From contig JBKHHL010000004.1 of NCBI GenBank assembly GCA_046539175.1, positions 1 to 32,000 on the forward strand: a stretch of 32,000 nucleotides of DNA. The letters run 5' to 3'. The stretch's first letter is position 1; each line of letters opens with the position of its first letter. Both the position numbers and the translations under genes were made by a program. This DNA is from Desulfosudaceae bacterium (GTDB lineage Bacteria; Desulfobacterota; Desulfobacteria; Desulfobacterales; Desulfosudaceae). This document shows positions 30,934 through 32,000 of the stretch, piece by piece. The notes beneath the pieces were generated by a model that saw nothing but the letters and a program-made list of their open reading frames with translations, made no database searches and had not been told where the DNA came from.

Positions 30934-32000
30934 ATGCTGAACCTGAGTCGCTTTCTGTTCATCGCCGCTCTTATAATAGCGCCCCTGTTTTCGGGGAAGT
31001 TATCCTCCGGCCTCCCCTCCGGACTCCTCTTCGGTCTGGTCCTGCTGACCGGAGCCGCGCTGACGACTTTCCTGACCGAACGCCTGACCGGAGAAAAACC
31101 GGTTTACAAGGTGCCTGGTGTTACCTGGCTGCTGCTGGCTGTCGCCGGCCTGATTTTCCGGCTAATCCCCCTGCCCCAACCGGTGCTGGCCCTCTTATCC
31201 CCGGAAACAGCCGCTATCTGGACAAAGATCGCCAACCTGGCCGGTCAGGATGTCTGCCGGCGGCTGTCACTGAATCTGCCGCGCGACCTGGATTTTCTGG
31301 TCCTGCTGGTGGCCTGCCTGGGGCTGTACTGGCTGGCCGTTCACCTGCTTTCCAACCGGTCCACGGCCAGGCGGACGGGACTGTTCCTGGTATTTTACGG
31401 CAGCCTGCTGTCGCTGGCCCTTGCTCTTGATTGCCGTCCCTGCCAGGATCGTCTTGACCACCCTGCCCTGGCCGTCATGACTCTTCCCCTGGGACTGGGG
31501 CTGGCGTTGACATACCGTCCGGCCAAGCAATTCGGCTCTCCGGGCATGAAGCTGTCGGGACTGCTGGAAGACAGAGACACGCCCCTGTTTGCGGGGCTGA
31601 GCCTGGCGGTTCTGGCAACGGCATGGTCATTAGCGGCCAGACCGGCGCCGGGCGGGCTGATCGCCCCGGGACTGGCCATCCTGTTTTTAGCCGGGTTCCT
31701 TTTTCGGGATCGCCACCGCGTCCACGCCGTCAGCAACCTCACCACGGTAATCCTGGTGGGAGCCGGTTGCCTGGCAGTGACAGCCGGTTTAATTAAAGAC
31801 AACTCTTTATTATTGGCCGGCCTGGCGGAGCCGGAAATAACCGGCAGCGGCCTGGCGGCATTTCTGCTGACGGCGGGCTTTCTGACGACAATCTTCCTTC
31901 GGGCCCGTCGTTGTCTTAAAACCAGAAAAAACGCCCTGGCCATCCTGCTTTGCCAGGGAGCCCTGAGCGGCATGGGAGCCATGCTCTGCCTCGGTCTTTT
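30934..32000 (+). CDS. Polytopic membrane protein, O-antigen ligase/polymerase-like (partial, runs off the window)
   Basis: It is absent from the ORF track because it has no stop in the window. I translated it by hand from the ATG at 30934: 355 codons are open to the end (MLNLSRFLFIAALIIAPLFSG...), with many hydrophobic helices. A GGCGGG SD is present. The family call rests on EPS-locus context and topology only. Confidence 0.55.
   Translation, partial: MLNLSRFLFIAALIIAPLFSGKLSSGLPSGLLFGLVLLTGAALTTFLTERLTGEKPVYKVPGVTWLLLAVAGLIFRLIPLPQPVLALLSPETAAIWTKIANLAGQDVCRRLSLNLPRDLDFLVLLVACLGLYWLAVHLLSNRSTARRTGLFLVFYGSLLSLALALDCRPCQDRLDHPALAVMTLPLGLGLALTYRPAKQFGSPGMKLSGLLEDRDTPLFAGLSLAVLATAWSLAARPAPGGLIAPGLAILFLAGFLFRDRHRVHAVSNLTTVILVGAGCLAVTAGLIKDNSLLLAGLAEPEITGSGLAAFLLTAGFLTTIFLRARRCLKTRKNALAILLCQGALSGMGAMLCLGL

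Noticed and set aside
31395-31982. 195-aa minus-strand ORF
   Set aside because: It is antisense to the open plus-strand frame from 30934, which encodes a coherent polytopic membrane protein. The minus-frame product is Arg/Ala/Pro-rich junk.
1-32000. Mobile genetic element, prophage or defence island
   Set aside because: No integrase, transposase, tRNA attachment site, or restriction, Cas or toxin-like genes were seen. Gene content is biosynthetic and envelope-related throughout. The only repeat family is the short motif described above.

Overview
The window is about 55 % GC and looks like a Gram-negative anaerobe. Desulfobacterota is my guess from the rSAM and Fe-S load and the PaaK-ACT pair; it is not demonstrated. 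Positions 36-24141 form one aryl-polyene (APE)/flexirubin-like type II FAS/PKS lipid-pigment cluster. It has four transcription units: ACP->rSAM-1 (-); a histidine-free hotdog protein->FabG (+); aryl-acid AMP-ligase->rSAM-2->MipA/OmpV->LolA-like->lipoprotein (+); and a 13-kb operon (-). That operon runs MIO ammonia-lyase->4HBT thioesterase->DAK2::DegV->GT2->MMPL::methyltransferase->LpxL-type acyltransferase->KS::CLF->rSAM-3->NodB deacetylase. Three genes with no obvious pathway role (lipoprotein, Cys-rich Fe-S protein, small membrane protein) interrupt it at 3188-5473. The main candidate for undescribed biology is an anaerobe-style APE-like pathway carrying three mutually divergent cobalamin-type radical SAM enzymes, several unusual domain fusions and a non-canonical ammonia-lyase. 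A second, independent signal is a 21-23-nt motif (CTAACCCGGATATTTCATGAAAT) present 8 times, always at gene boundaries. Four copies sit in inverted pairs inside an AT-rich 490-bp divergent control region that also holds a GC-rich structured insert. The right third encodes an EEP phosphoesterase-unknown-GDPD operon, a coiled-coil membrane protein, an FHA protein, ACT-PaaK, a CpsB-type PHP phosphatase, and a polytopic O-antigen-ligase-like protein that runs off the window. I found no rRNA, tRNA, CRISPR array, transposase or integrase. All functional calls come from motif reading by eye, with no database search.
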